Source: Bacteroidales bacterium
Lineage (GTDB): Bacteria; Bacteroidota; Bacteroidia; Bacteroidales; WRLA01
NCBI GenBank assembly: GCA_963676415.1
Contig: OY781097.1
Span: 1,160,240-1,224,239 of the forward strand
Direction: 5' to 3'
Length of the DNA: 64,000 bases
The position numbers and the translations under genes are program-made. The notes beneath the pieces are model-generated. The model had not been told where the DNA came from. It worked only from the letters and a program-made list of their open reading frames with translations, and made no database searches. Shown here piece after piece: positions 9,467 through 17,552 of the stretch (position 1 is the first letter of the stretch; each line of letters opens with the position of its first letter).

Positions 9467-11050
9467 ATGGCAGAAATAAAAGCCGCTGAAGTTTCCGCTA
9501 TACTGCGCCAGCAACTGGGCGCTTACAAAAGCGAAAGTGAATTGGAAGAAGTAGGTACCATTTTGCAGGTAGGTGATGGTATTGCACGTGTTTACGGGCT
9601 CAATAATTGCGAATCGGGCGAACTCCTTGATTTCGGTAGCGATCACGTTATGGGAATTGCGATGAACCTCGAAGAAGACAATGTGGGCGCCGTGCTCCTC
9701 GGTGAATCATCATTGCTCAAAGAGGGCGATACCGTAAAACGTACCGGCAAAATATCTTCTATTGATTTCTCTGAAGGAATGCTGGGCCGCGTTGTAAACA
9801 CCATCGGCATGCCCCTGGATGGCAAAGGCGAAATTGGTGGTGACATTTATACACTTCCTCTGGAACGCAAAGCGCCGGGTGTAATTTACCGACAGCCTGT
9901 GAGCCAGCCACTACAAACCGGTATCAAAGCCATTGATGCAATGATTCCGATTGGCCGCGGACAGCGTGAGCTGATCATCGGCGACCGCCAGACCGGCAAA
10001 TCTGCCATTGCAGTTGACACTATCCTCAACCAACGTGAGAATTTTGAAAAAGGCAAACCGGTTTACTGTGTTTATGTTGCTGTAGGTCAGAAAGGTTCTA
10101 CTGTTGCCAATATTGTTGACACGCTCGAAAAACATGGTGCAATGGATTATACGGTTGTGGTTTCGGCTACAGCTTCCGATCCTGCAGCACTTCAGTTTTA
10201 TGCTCCTTTTGCCGGAGCTGCCATTGGGGAATTTTTCCGCGATACAGGCCGCGACGCGCTGGTGATTTATGATGACCTTTCAAAACAGGCTGTTTCTTAC
10301 CGTGAAGTATCGCTGCTGCTGCGCCGCCCTCCGGGACGTGAAGCCTATCCGGGAGATGTGTTTTATCTCCACTCACGCCTGCTCGAACGCGCAGCGAAAA
10401 TCATCGAATCCGATGAAATCGCACGCCAGATGAACGATATGCCCGAGGCAATACGCCTATTGGCAAAAGGTGGTGGATCGCTTACCGCTCTGCCCATTAT
10501 CGAAACGCAGGCCGGTGACGTTTCTGCATATATCCCAACCAACGTAATTTCTATTACCGATGGCCAGATTTTCCTCGAAACAAACCTTTTCAATGCCGGT
10601 ATCCGCCCTGCCATCAACGTAGGTATTTCGGTGTCGCGCGTGGGTGGTAACGCACAGGTCAAGTCCATGAAAAAAGTCTCCGGAACCCTGAAACTCGATC
10701 AGGCTCAATTCCGTGAGCTGGAAGCATTTGCCAAATTTGGTTCCGACCTCGATGCTGCCACACAAGCCGTACTCGAAAAAGGAAAACGCAATGTGGAGAT
10801 CCTGAAGCAGCCGCAATACAGCCCGGTTCCTGTAGGCAAACAGGTAGCGATCATTTATGCCGGCACAAAAGGTCTGCTTAAAGATGTTCCGGTGGATAAG
10901 GTGAGCAATTTCGAAGAAGAATTCCTTGGCCTGATGGAACAAAAGCATGCCGAAACCATTGATCAGCTGGCCGAAGGAAAATGGACGCCCGAACTGGCTA
11001 AAGTGATTGAAGAAGCCGCTGCGGAGATTTCTTCAACTTATAAGAAATAA
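9467..11050 (+). CDS. atpA: F0F1 ATP synthase subunit alpha
   Basis: Walker [10 protein letters not shown], plus ...[29 protein letters not shown]... These are canonical alpha-subunit motifs. Confidence 0.97.
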   Translation: MAEIKAAEVSAILRQQLGAYKSESELEEVGTILQVGDGIARVYGLNNCESGELLDFGSDHVMGIAMNLEEDNVGAVLLGESSLLKEGDTVKRTGKISSIDFSEGMLGRVVNTIGMPLDGKGEIGGDIYTLPLERKAPGVIYRQPVSQPLQTGIKAIDAMIPIGRGQRELIIGDRQTGKSAIAVDTILNQRENFEKGKPVYCVYVAVGQKGSTVANIVDTLEKHGAMDYTVVVSATASDPAALQFYAPFAGAAIGEFFRDTGRDALVIYDDLSKQAVSYREVSLLLRRPPGREAYPGDVFYLHSRLLERAAKIIESDEIARQMNDMPEAIRLLAKGGGSLTALPIIETQAGDVSAYIPTNVISITDGQIFLETNLFNAGIRPAINVGISVSRVGGNAQVKSMKKVSGTLKLDQAQFRELEAFAKFGSDLDAATQAVLEKGKRNVEILKQPQYSPVPVGKQVAIIYAGTKGLLKDVPVDKVSNFEEEFLGLMEQKHAETIDQLAEGKWTPELAKVIEEAAAEISSTYKK

Positions 11051-11075
11051 GAATTTTTGAACTAATTTATTTAGG

Positions 11076-11957
11076 ATGGCTAACCTTAAGGAAGTACGTA
11101 CACGCATTGAATCCGTTCAATCGACCCGGCAAATCACCAGTGCCATGAAAATGGTTGCCGCATCCAAGCTGCGCAAGGCACAGAATGCGGTGATGACACT
11201 CCGGCCGTATTCCAACCGACTCAATAATATTTTGGATAATATCACGGCCAGCCTCGCCGATGACCAGCAAAGCCCTTTCAGCGAAAAGCGCGAAGCCGAA
11301 AAGGTGCTGATGGTGTTGATTTCGAGCAATAAAGGCCTTTGTGGCGCTTTTAATACCAATGTGATCAAAAGGGCAAAGCAACTGATTGCAAATAAGTATA
11401 AAGCACAGGCCGATGCCGGGAACCTACAGATGATCTGTGCCGGGAAAAAAGTCAGTGAAATTTTTGCCAAAAGCCCGGTCGAAGTTCTGTTGAGCAAAGA
11501 CGACCTGCTTGACAATCCTTCATTCGACGATGTAGCTGCACTGGCAGAAGAAGTGATGCAACTTTTCCTGGAGAAAAAAACCGATAAAGTCATTCTGATT
11601 TATAACCAGTTCAAGAATGCGGCTACGCAAATCATCCAAACAGAAGATTTCCTTCCAGTGATACCGGAACCGACGGAACATCAAGAGAAAGAAGAAACCG
11701 ATTATATTTTTGAACCAGGCAGGGAAACAATTGTTAAAGAATTAGTACCTAAAATTTTAAAAGTACAATTGTTCAAAGCTTTCCTGGATTCATTTGCGGC
11801 AGAACACGGAGCACGTATGACCGCCATGCACCAGGCCACCGACAATGCAACAACATTGCTGGGCGAACTGAAACTGGCTTATAACAAAGCACGCCAGGCC
11901 GCTATTACCAACGAAATCCTGGAAATTGTCAGCGGAGCTGAAGCTTTGAAAGGATAG
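11076..11957 (+). CDS. atpG: F0F1 ATP synthase subunit gamma
   Basis: MANLKEVRTRIESVQSTRQITSAMKMVAASKLRKAQ N-terminus and ...ARQAAITNEILEIVSGAEAL C-terminus. Confidence 0.95.
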   Translation: MANLKEVRTRIESVQSTRQITSAMKMVAASKLRKAQNAVMTLRPYSNRLNNILDNITASLADDQQSPFSEKREAEKVLMVLISSNKGLCGAFNTNVIKRAKQLIANKYKAQADAGNLQMICAGKKVSEIFAKSPVEVLLSKDDLLDNPSFDDVAALAEEVMQLFLEKKTDKVILIYNQFKNAATQIIQTEDFLPVIPEPTEHQEKEETDYIFEPGRETIVKELVPKILKVQLFKAFLDSFAAEHGARMTAMHQATDNATTLLGELKLAYNKARQAAITNEILEIVSGAEALKG

Positions 11958-11986
11958 AATAACAAACCAAAAAAACGCAATAAACA

Positions 11987-12499
11987 ATGATTACAGAAAA
12001 ATTAGAAAAAGCAATAAACGAGCAGATTAAAAAAGAAGAACATTCTTCACGTATTTATCTCGCTATGGCCAGCTGGTGCGAAACCAATGGTTTTCCCGGG
12101 GCTGCTGCCTTCCTCTATGAGCAAAGTGTGGAAGAGCGCGACCATATGATGAAATTTGTGCATTATCTGAACGATCGCGGCGGATATGCTGTTCCCGCTG
12201 CTTTAGAGCAACCACCCTATGAATTTAAGGATTTGCTGGATATTTTCGAGCAGGTTTTGAAGCACGAACAATACATCACTGCATCCATCAATGATCTTTA
12301 TGAACTTACACTGGGCGAAAGGGATTACACAACCGGTAATTTCCTGCAGTGGTTCATCAATGAACAGATCGAAGAAGAAAGCACCATGTCGGAAATCCTG
12401 GATAAAATCCGCCTGATTGGCGATGCCAAAGGTGGTTTCTTCCATATGGATAAGGAGTTGAGTTCGATGGCGGCAGCACGTCAGGATGGAGCGGAATAA
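11987..12499 (+). CDS. ftnA: Non-haem ferritin
   Basis: 170 aa. EQIKKEEHSSRIYLAMASW...EERDHMMKFVHYL...QWFINEQIEEE are ferroxidase-centre ligand positions of Ftn-type ferritins. Confidence 0.85.
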   Translation: MITEKLEKAINEQIKKEEHSSRIYLAMASWCETNGFPGAAAFLYEQSVEERDHMMKFVHYLNDRGGYAVPAALEQPPYEFKDLLDIFEQVLKHEQYITASINDLYELTLGERDYTTGNFLQWFINEQIEEESTMSEILDKIRLIGDAKGGFFHMDKELSSMAAARQDGAE

Positions 12500-12575
12500 T
12501 ATTTGCCAAAAACAAATTGAAAATTGTGTTAAGCACAAAACTTTCTGATTGCAAAAATTTTTAAACAAATAAAAC

Positions 12576-12612
12576 AAAGCTGCCCCGGATCTATTCTTTG
12601 GCAGCTTTTTTT
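12576..12612 (+). terminator. Rho-independent terminator after ferritin
   Basis: aaagctgcc-ccggatctattcttt-ggcagcttt followed by tttt. Confidence 0.7.
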
Positions 12613-12619
12613 GGGCTTT

Positions 12620-13009
12620 ATGAAGAAGATAATATATTTAGTAGCACTGCTTGGGCTGGCATTTGGTTTTCAAGCAGTACAGGCACAGGAAAGTGTTCAG
12701 GAAGAAATTGCTGTGGACAGCACACAGATGCAGAAAATCATCCTTTTTCATAATGAAGGATGCGGCCGTTGCAGTGTTGCCAAAGATTTTTTCGATGAAA
12801 ATCATATCCCCTACATCGGGAAACAAATCAGCGAAGGCGACAACCGCAGGGAGATGCAGCAATGGGTCAATAAAGCACGTGGAGGCAAATCCGGTGGTTT
12901 CAGCTATCCGGTAATCGTACTGAACCAAGACAGTGTTTACTACAGCATCCACAATATCAAAGCTTTCCTCACCGAATTAAAAAAGGAAATTGATGCGGGG
13001 CGGTTTTAG
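12620..13009 (+). CDS. Secreted glutaredoxin-like thioredoxin-fold protein
   Basis: Signal peptide MKKIIYLVALLGLAFGFQAVQA. CGRC redox motif in ILFHNEGCGRCSVAKDFF, and a ...YPVIVLN glutaredoxin-like cis-Pro region. Confidence 0.7.
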   Translation: MKKIIYLVALLGLAFGFQAVQAQESVQEEIAVDSTQMQKIILFHNEGCGRCSVAKDFFDENHIPYIGKQISEGDNRREMQQWVNKARGGKSGGFSYPVIVLNQDSVYYSIHNIKAFLTELKKEIDAGRF

Positions 13010-13106
13010 GTTTATTGTTATCCTTTCCATGCATCTTACTTCCATTTACGAAAAGATGTAAACGGAATTAATCAATATTGCCGCATTATATTTAGTTAGG
13101 GCTAAA

Positions 13107-13898
13107 CTAATACCACACAATACTCAACACTTTATCTTTGTATGGTATAACATGTTCAAAAATTTTTTGGTTTATACCAACATCGTTAATTCCATCAAAC
13201 CAATCAATGCACCATAATTCTTCTGTTCTTTTCCTACCTAAACCTGTATTAAAATATTTTCCTGCCAAGCTATCCTCCGGTACAACATTATTCCCATCAA
13301 TTATTTCCCAATATTTAAAATCTCTGCTACTCCATCTCCATATAATTCTATTATTCTCCATATAGACAATCGTTATCGGGTGGGTTCCTATATCAGAGAA
13401 ACGAATAGCACACGCAGTTAAACTAACCTTGTATTTCTTAGCCAAACTTTCAATCACTTGAAAATTAAATTTTCTGTATAACTCGCAATCAGGCCTAAAG
13501 CGACTCTCAGGCATTAAAAGGCAAGAAGCAAAAAAATCTGCTTCACGTTCAATTACCTGATGTTTGTTTTTATTATACCTTGATGGATGCGGTTTAATCA
13601 AACCAGCTTTTAAAGCAATTCTATGGCTGTCAATGAAGTAATGCCCAAGCTCATGGGCTAATGTAAAACGTCCTCTTTCTTTATTAGAAGTGTTTCCGAG
13701 AGCAGTATTTAGGTGTATGTAAAAGCCTTTATCATAAACTAAAGTTCCATCAAAAGCATTTCCATAATCATCATAAAACACAGGTAGCTCTTCAACCTCA
13801 GCAATTTTATTTAATGGAGTAATAGTTTCATCATGCTCAAGAGCTAGAAATTCTGCTAAATCTTTTATCTGGTTTCTTTTACGATTGTTTATCTTCAT
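13107..13898 (-). CDS. ImmA/IrrE-family (M78) zinc metallopeptidase with a ~110-aa C-terminal domain (CapP/IrrE-like architecture)
   Basis: FTLAHELGHYFIDSH (HEXXH) followed by EREADFFASCLLMP (E..A..FA..LLMP), the ImmA/IrrE signature. Its start overlaps the upstream ORF by 20 nt. Confidence 0.8.
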   Translation of the reverse strand: MKINNRKRNQIKDLAEFLALEHDETITPLNKIAEVEELPVFYDDYGNAFDGTLVYDKGFYIHLNTALGNTSNKERGRFTLAHELGHYFIDSHRIALKAGLIKPHPSRYNKNKHQVIEREADFFASCLLMPESRFRPDCELYRKFNFQVIESLAKKYKVSLTACAIRFSDIGTHPITIVYMENNRIIWRWSSRDFKYWEIIDGNNVVPEDSLAGKYFNTGLGRKRTEELWCIDWFDGINDVGINQKIFEHVIPYKDKVLSIVWY

Positions 13899-14220
13899 CT
13901 TTATGCTTGCTCTTCATTTTATCAAGAATTGATTGAGGTATTTCTTCACTACCTTTTCTTGCAGCCAACTTTATTTCACTAATATCTTGTTGTTCTTCTT
14001 CATCATGAAGCTTTATTACCTTACCTTTCATTTCAAAAGAACCACTAATGATTTCTTCAGGATTTATTCTTACATCTTTTAACTCAAAGTCGTAATCTTC
14101 ATACATTGATTCAAAAAGCTCTAACTCCTTATCTGTTCTTGGGTAAGTGTAGCCTGCAATTGCTAACAGTTCATCAAATCTATCAGCGTTAATGTCCATG
14201 TTTTTCTTTTTATTTGCCAT
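13879..14220 (-). CDS. Hypothetical highly charged/acidic 113-aa protein, middle gene of the triad
   Basis: ORF overlaps both neighbours (11 nt and 20 nt), implying translational coupling. I recognise no HTH or other motif. It has a Lys/Glu/Asp-rich C-terminus. Confidence 0.55.
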   Translation of the reverse strand: MANKKKNMDINADRFDELLAIAGYTYPRTDKELELFESMYEDYDFELKDVRINPEEIISGSFEMKGKVIKLHDEEEQQDISEIKLAARKGSEEIPQSILDKMKSKHKDEDKQS

Positions 14221-14875
14221 TGTACTGATTTAAAAAGTTATCGACTTGTTTATTGGCTTGTTCCTTATACTTCCTTATAGAACCGGGAACTAACCCTAAC
14301 TCATCTTGAAGTTTCTTACTTACAGGTCTAGGAATATTATTCCCCTCATGGGTGTATAACTTATACGTTAAATAAATGATTCTGTGCTTTTCTCCCAAAC
14401 CATTAAGGACTTCTTCTAAAACACTTAGTTGCTCTTTTAGTTCTTTTCTTTTGAAACTATCGACTGTTGAATTTTCAACGAAATCATCAAGAGTATAGAT
14501 AAGAGATAAATCAGTTTCCTTGTCAGGCTCGTGACATGTACCCTTATTTGTGTAATTTACAAGTTGTGTAAATGCAATTCTATTTAACCATCTTATAATC
14601 CCATTATCAATGTTTTTTGATTTAGATTTATCGTGGTCGTATTTAGGGTATTTCCAAACACGGGCAAATGTACAGTTTACAATATCCAACGCCACCGTAG
14701 ATGATAAATTCCAATTTCTACAATTAATCTCCGCAGTCTTTAATACTGCTTCGTCATAACGAAGGCAGAAAACACTAAAAGCAGCTTTTGCTTCTTCCAG
14801 ATATTCATCCCTCCAGCCAATATACTCAAGTAAATCAAGGCTATTAGCAGTTTTTATTTCTTCTGTAACTTCCAA
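14210..14875 (-). CDS. Sigma-70-family-like protein (region 2-like and region 4-like segments)
   Basis: ALDIVNCTFARVWKYP...IRWLNRIAFTQLVNY resembles sigma region 2. LNGLGEKHRIIYLTYKL...LQDELGLVPGSIRKYKEQANKQVDNFL resembles the region 4 HTH. The call is by eye only. Confidence 0.45.
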   Translation of the reverse strand: MEVTEEIKTANSLDLLEYIGWRDEYLEEAKAAFSVFCLRYDEAVLKTAEINCRNWNLSSTVALDIVNCTFARVWKYPKYDHDKSKSKNIDNGIIRWLNRIAFTQLVNYTNKGTCHEPDKETDLSLIYTLDDFVENSTVDSFKRKELKEQLSVLEEVLNGLGEKHRIIYLTYKLYTHEGNNIPRPVSKKLQDELGLVPGSIRKYKEQANKQVDNFLNQYNGK

Positions 14876-14898
14876 AATAGTCTTATTAATTAACTACC

Positions 14899-14919
14899 AA
14901 AAGCGTGAGTCACGCTTTT
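14899..14919. promoter_or_regulatory. Perfect 10-1-10 palindrome in the divergent control region (operator candidate)
   Basis: AAAAGCGTGA-G-TCACGCTTTT lies between the start at 14875 (minus) and the start at 14965 (plus). Because the genes are divergent, it cannot act as a terminator for either. Confidence 0.55.
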
Positions 14920-14964
14920 AGTATATAGGTAAAGAATCAAATTAAATAACAAAAATAAAAAATT

Positions 14965-15138
14965 ATGGCAACAAATCCACCGAAAGACGGAAGCAGAAAA
15001 GGAGCAGTTAGACAGCGTTCTCAGGTAAAAAATCCTAAAACAGGATTATGGACAAAGCGTGATAGTGAAACAGGTCGATTTCTTGATGTCAAGACATCGA
15101 GCGGTAAACCCTTTAAAGGAGTAAGAAAGGAAAAATAA
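14965..15138 (+). CDS. Unannotated 57-aa basic protein, first gene of the CBASS operon
   Basis: My translation: MATNPPKDGSRKGAVRQRSQVKNPKTGLWTKRDSETGRFLDVKTSSGKPFKGVRKEK*. It is below the 60-aa cutoff of the ORF track. Its stop lies 3 nt before the ATG at 15142. Confidence 0.5.
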   Translation: MATNPPKDGSRKGAVRQRSQVKNPKTGLWTKRDSETGRFLDVKTSSGKPFKGVRKEK

Positions 15139-15141
15139 TAT

Positions 15142-15756
15142 ATGAAGAACAATTTTTTTAATTATTTCAGGTCAAGTATCCTAGTCTCATTGATTGTGAT
15201 TTTTGGAATTGCATTGTATGTAGCCAAAACCCATTGGCAGTTATCAATTGCCATATCAGGTAGTGTTAGTATGTTGCTAGTACTTATATCTAATTATTTA
15301 TGGAAAATTAAGCCCTTTAAATGGTTGTTTTGGATTGATGATTTTTCAGGTAGGTATGAAGGTATTCTGAAATACAGCTATGTTGATGAGAATGGCAACC
15401 TGCAAACAGGCGAACGGAAGCATATAAAGATTATTAACCAAAATGGAAGTCGAATTTCCATTGCATCCTTCACATTAAAGAAAGATGGAGGTAGGTCTTC
15501 ACCATCGTATAGTCGAGGTTTGTTCGTAGAGCAAACTGAAGACGAACATCATTTTCGAATAATATATCATTATCTCAATGAAGGTAATCATCAACTTGGC
15601 TTTCATCCCCACTTTGGTACAGATGTATTAAAGCTAATAAAGCAAGGAAATGAAAAGGTTTTATCTGGTGGATACTACACAGATAGAAAACCACAAACAC
15701 GAGGGGAATATCATAATCTTAAATGGGTCAGCAATGACCTTAATCACGAATTTTAA
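15142..15756 (+). CDS. CBASS effector candidate: two N-terminal TM helices plus a beta-rich C-terminal domain (Cap15 / S-2TMbeta-like)
   Basis: TM1 ILVSLIVIFGIALYVA, TM2 LSIAISGSVSMLLVLISNYLW, then FSGRYEGILKYSYVDENG...RISIASFTL...HHFRIIYHYL alternating beta-strand pattern. It sits immediately upstream of a CD-NTase. Confidence 0.55.
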   Translation: MKNNFFNYFRSSILVSLIVIFGIALYVAKTHWQLSIAISGSVSMLLVLISNYLWKIKPFKWLFWIDDFSGRYEGILKYSYVDENGNLQTGERKHIKIINQNGSRISIASFTLKKDGGRSSPSYSRGLFVEQTEDEHHFRIIYHYLNEGNHQLGFHPHFGTDVLKLIKQGNEKVLSGGYYTDRKPQTRGEYHNLKWVSNDLNHEF

Positions 15757-15768
15757 TACAGAAATAAA

Positions 15769-16767
15769 ATGGCAGTCTTACATAAAGAATTTATAAAGTT
15801 TAACAAAGAAATAAAGCTTACTTCTTCAAGAAAAGAGAAGCTAAAAACAAGTCGTAAAGACATTAAGAAAAAAATTAGAAAATGGTTTAAAGACAATAAA
15901 CCGGATGAATTACAACCTAAATTTCATGGCCAGGGTTCTTTTGAAATGAACACAGGTGTAAATCCTATCCCTGAAAAAGATGGTGACACCACCTTATTGA
16001 AATTTGATTTGGATTTTGGAATCTACTTCATTGAAAAAGAAGACGAGGATAACAAGCAATCTATTGATACATGGCATAATTGGGTTTACAAAGCGGTTGA
16101 AGACCATACTAACAAGAAACCTGTTAGGAAAACAACATGTATTCGTGTCATATTTAGTGATGGGCATCATATTGATTTGCCAATTTACTACAAACTTGAA
16201 GATGTAATTGAACTTGCACATTGGTCAAAAAATTGGATTGAAAGTGACCCAAAAGAGTTTTATGAGTGGTTCAACAACTTAAAGAATGCTCAACTTGAAA
16301 GGATAGTTAGGTATCTTAAAGCATGGAAAAACTATCGGGAATTAAATAATACAAATTTGAAGCTCCCGAGTGGCTTTGAACTTACCATACTTGCTGCAAA
16401 CAATTATGTTGAAGATGATAATGACGATAAAGCCTTTAGAGAAATTGTTCGTAAAATAAACACGGAACTAAATAAAACTAATGGTTTCAAATGTTTGCGT
16501 CCAACAACACCAAAAGATGAGGATGTCTTTGCAGACTACTCTACAACAAGAAAAAACAACTTCCTTTCGACCTTAAAAAGCTTGCTAAACGATTTAGACA
16601 GAGCCAAAGATGAGAAAAACTTCAAAAAAGCTTCTGAGATTCTGCGTGACAATCAGTTTGGCGATAGATTCCCATTAGGTGCAGATAAGGACGAAGAAGA
16701 AAAAAGCAATAATCTTGGGAAAAGCCTTGGGGCAGCAGCAATTACACCAAAGCCTTATGGATATTAG
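15769..16767 (+). CDS. cGAS/DncV-like nucleotidyltransferase (CD-NTase, CBASS cyclase)
   Basis: N-terminal FIKFNKEIKLTSSRKEKLKTSRKDIKKKI helix. Active-site GQGSFEMNTGV ... KFDLDFGIYF (GS...DxD) and third acidic residue in GHHIDLPIYY. WIESDPKEFYEWF motif. Confidence 0.8.
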   Translation: MAVLHKEFIKFNKEIKLTSSRKEKLKTSRKDIKKKIRKWFKDNKPDELQPKFHGQGSFEMNTGVNPIPEKDGDTTLLKFDLDFGIYFIEKEDEDNKQSIDTWHNWVYKAVEDHTNKKPVRKTTCIRVIFSDGHHIDLPIYYKLEDVIELAHWSKNWIESDPKEFYEWFNNLKNAQLERIVRYLKAWKNYRELNNTNLKLPSGFELTILAANNYVEDDNDDKAFREIVRKINTELNKTNGFKCLRPTTPKDEDVFADYSTTRKNNFLSTLKSLLNDLDRAKDEKNFKKASEILRDNQFGDRFPLGADKDEEEKSNNLGKSLGAAAITPKPYGY

Positions 16768-17398
16768 AAAGCAAATTGAAGAAGTATTGAGACATTATTC
16801 GGGATTATCCTTTAACGAGAATAACAATTCGATTGATGGAGAACTGTTTATTTCAGAGGATGATTCCTATGATGTTTCAATACATCTTGAACCATATCCC
16901 AAACATTTTCCAAGAGTATTTGAAACAGGTGAACGTATCCCTCCAAAGGTTTCAAGACATATTTATTCGAATACTAAATCGTGTTGCCTTTCTACACTGG
17001 CAAAGGCTCAAATTCTGCTTAAAACTGAAATTAGTACTTTAAATCTATTCATAAAGGAAATAGTAGTGCCTTATTTTCAGAATAACTCATATTTTGAAAT
17101 TAATGGCAAATACAAGACTGATGAGTATGCACATGATAAGAGCGGAGTAATTGAAGGTTATAGGGATATACTTCAAACAAATAACGATTATTTAATAGCA
17201 AGTCTAATAAAAGAAAGAATAAAAGGAAAGAAGCTGCGCCTTCATGACTTGTGCTACTGCGGTAGTGCCCTATCAATGAAAAAGTGTTGTGATTACCAAC
17301 ATTACATATGTTATAAGAATTTCAGAAAAGTAGATATTAATGTTCTTATTAATGATATACCAATTTTTATTGATCATCTTAAAAAAACTCGTTCTTAA
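16757..17398 (+). CDS. E2-only ubiquitin-conjugating-like protein (Cap2-like, type II-short CBASS) with a C-terminal SEC-C-like zinc motif
   Basis: E2-like HIYSNTKSCCLS (compare HPN....G.ICL) preceded by YPKHFPRVFETGERIPP. C-terminal CYCGSALSMKKCC resembles the SEC-C motif. The ATG at 16757 overlaps the CD-NTase stop by 11 nt. The track start at 16679 would overlap by 89 nt. Confidence 0.6.
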   Translation: MDIRKQIEEVLRHYSGLSFNENNNSIDGELFISEDDSYDVSIHLEPYPKHFPRVFETGERIPPKVSRHIYSNTKSCCLSTLAKAQILLKTEISTLNLFIKEIVVPYFQNNSYFEINGKYKTDEYAHDKSGVIEGYRDILQTNNDYLIASLIKERIKGKKLRLHDLCYCGSALSMKKCCDYQHYICYKNFRKVDINVLINDIPIFIDHLKKTRS

Positions 17399-17501
17399 AT
17401 AATTTGAAAAATGCTATTACCTTATAAAAAACTCTCAAATATTTCTAATCATGTGAACAGGACTCAAAAGTATAACGATTACAATAAAAACACAACCAAA
17501 C

Positions 17502-17534
17502 AAAAAAGCCACCTGAAAATCAGATGGCTTTTTT
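17502..17534. terminator. Bidirectional rho-independent terminator between the convergent CBASS operon and kbl
   Basis: aaaaaagccacctg-aaaat-cagatggctttttt has an A-run 5' and a T-run 3', so either strand reads as a hairpin followed by U-tract. Confidence 0.75.
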
Positions 17535-17552
17535 AATATCATTTGGAAGGGA

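Noticed and set aside
16679-16756. Upstream start (16679) for the E2-like gene as listed in the ORF track
   Set aside because: It would overlap the CD-NTase by 89 nt and add a Lys-rich N-terminal peptide read from the cyclase tail in another frame. The ATG at 16757, with an 11-nt overlap, fits typical coupling better. This is not proven.
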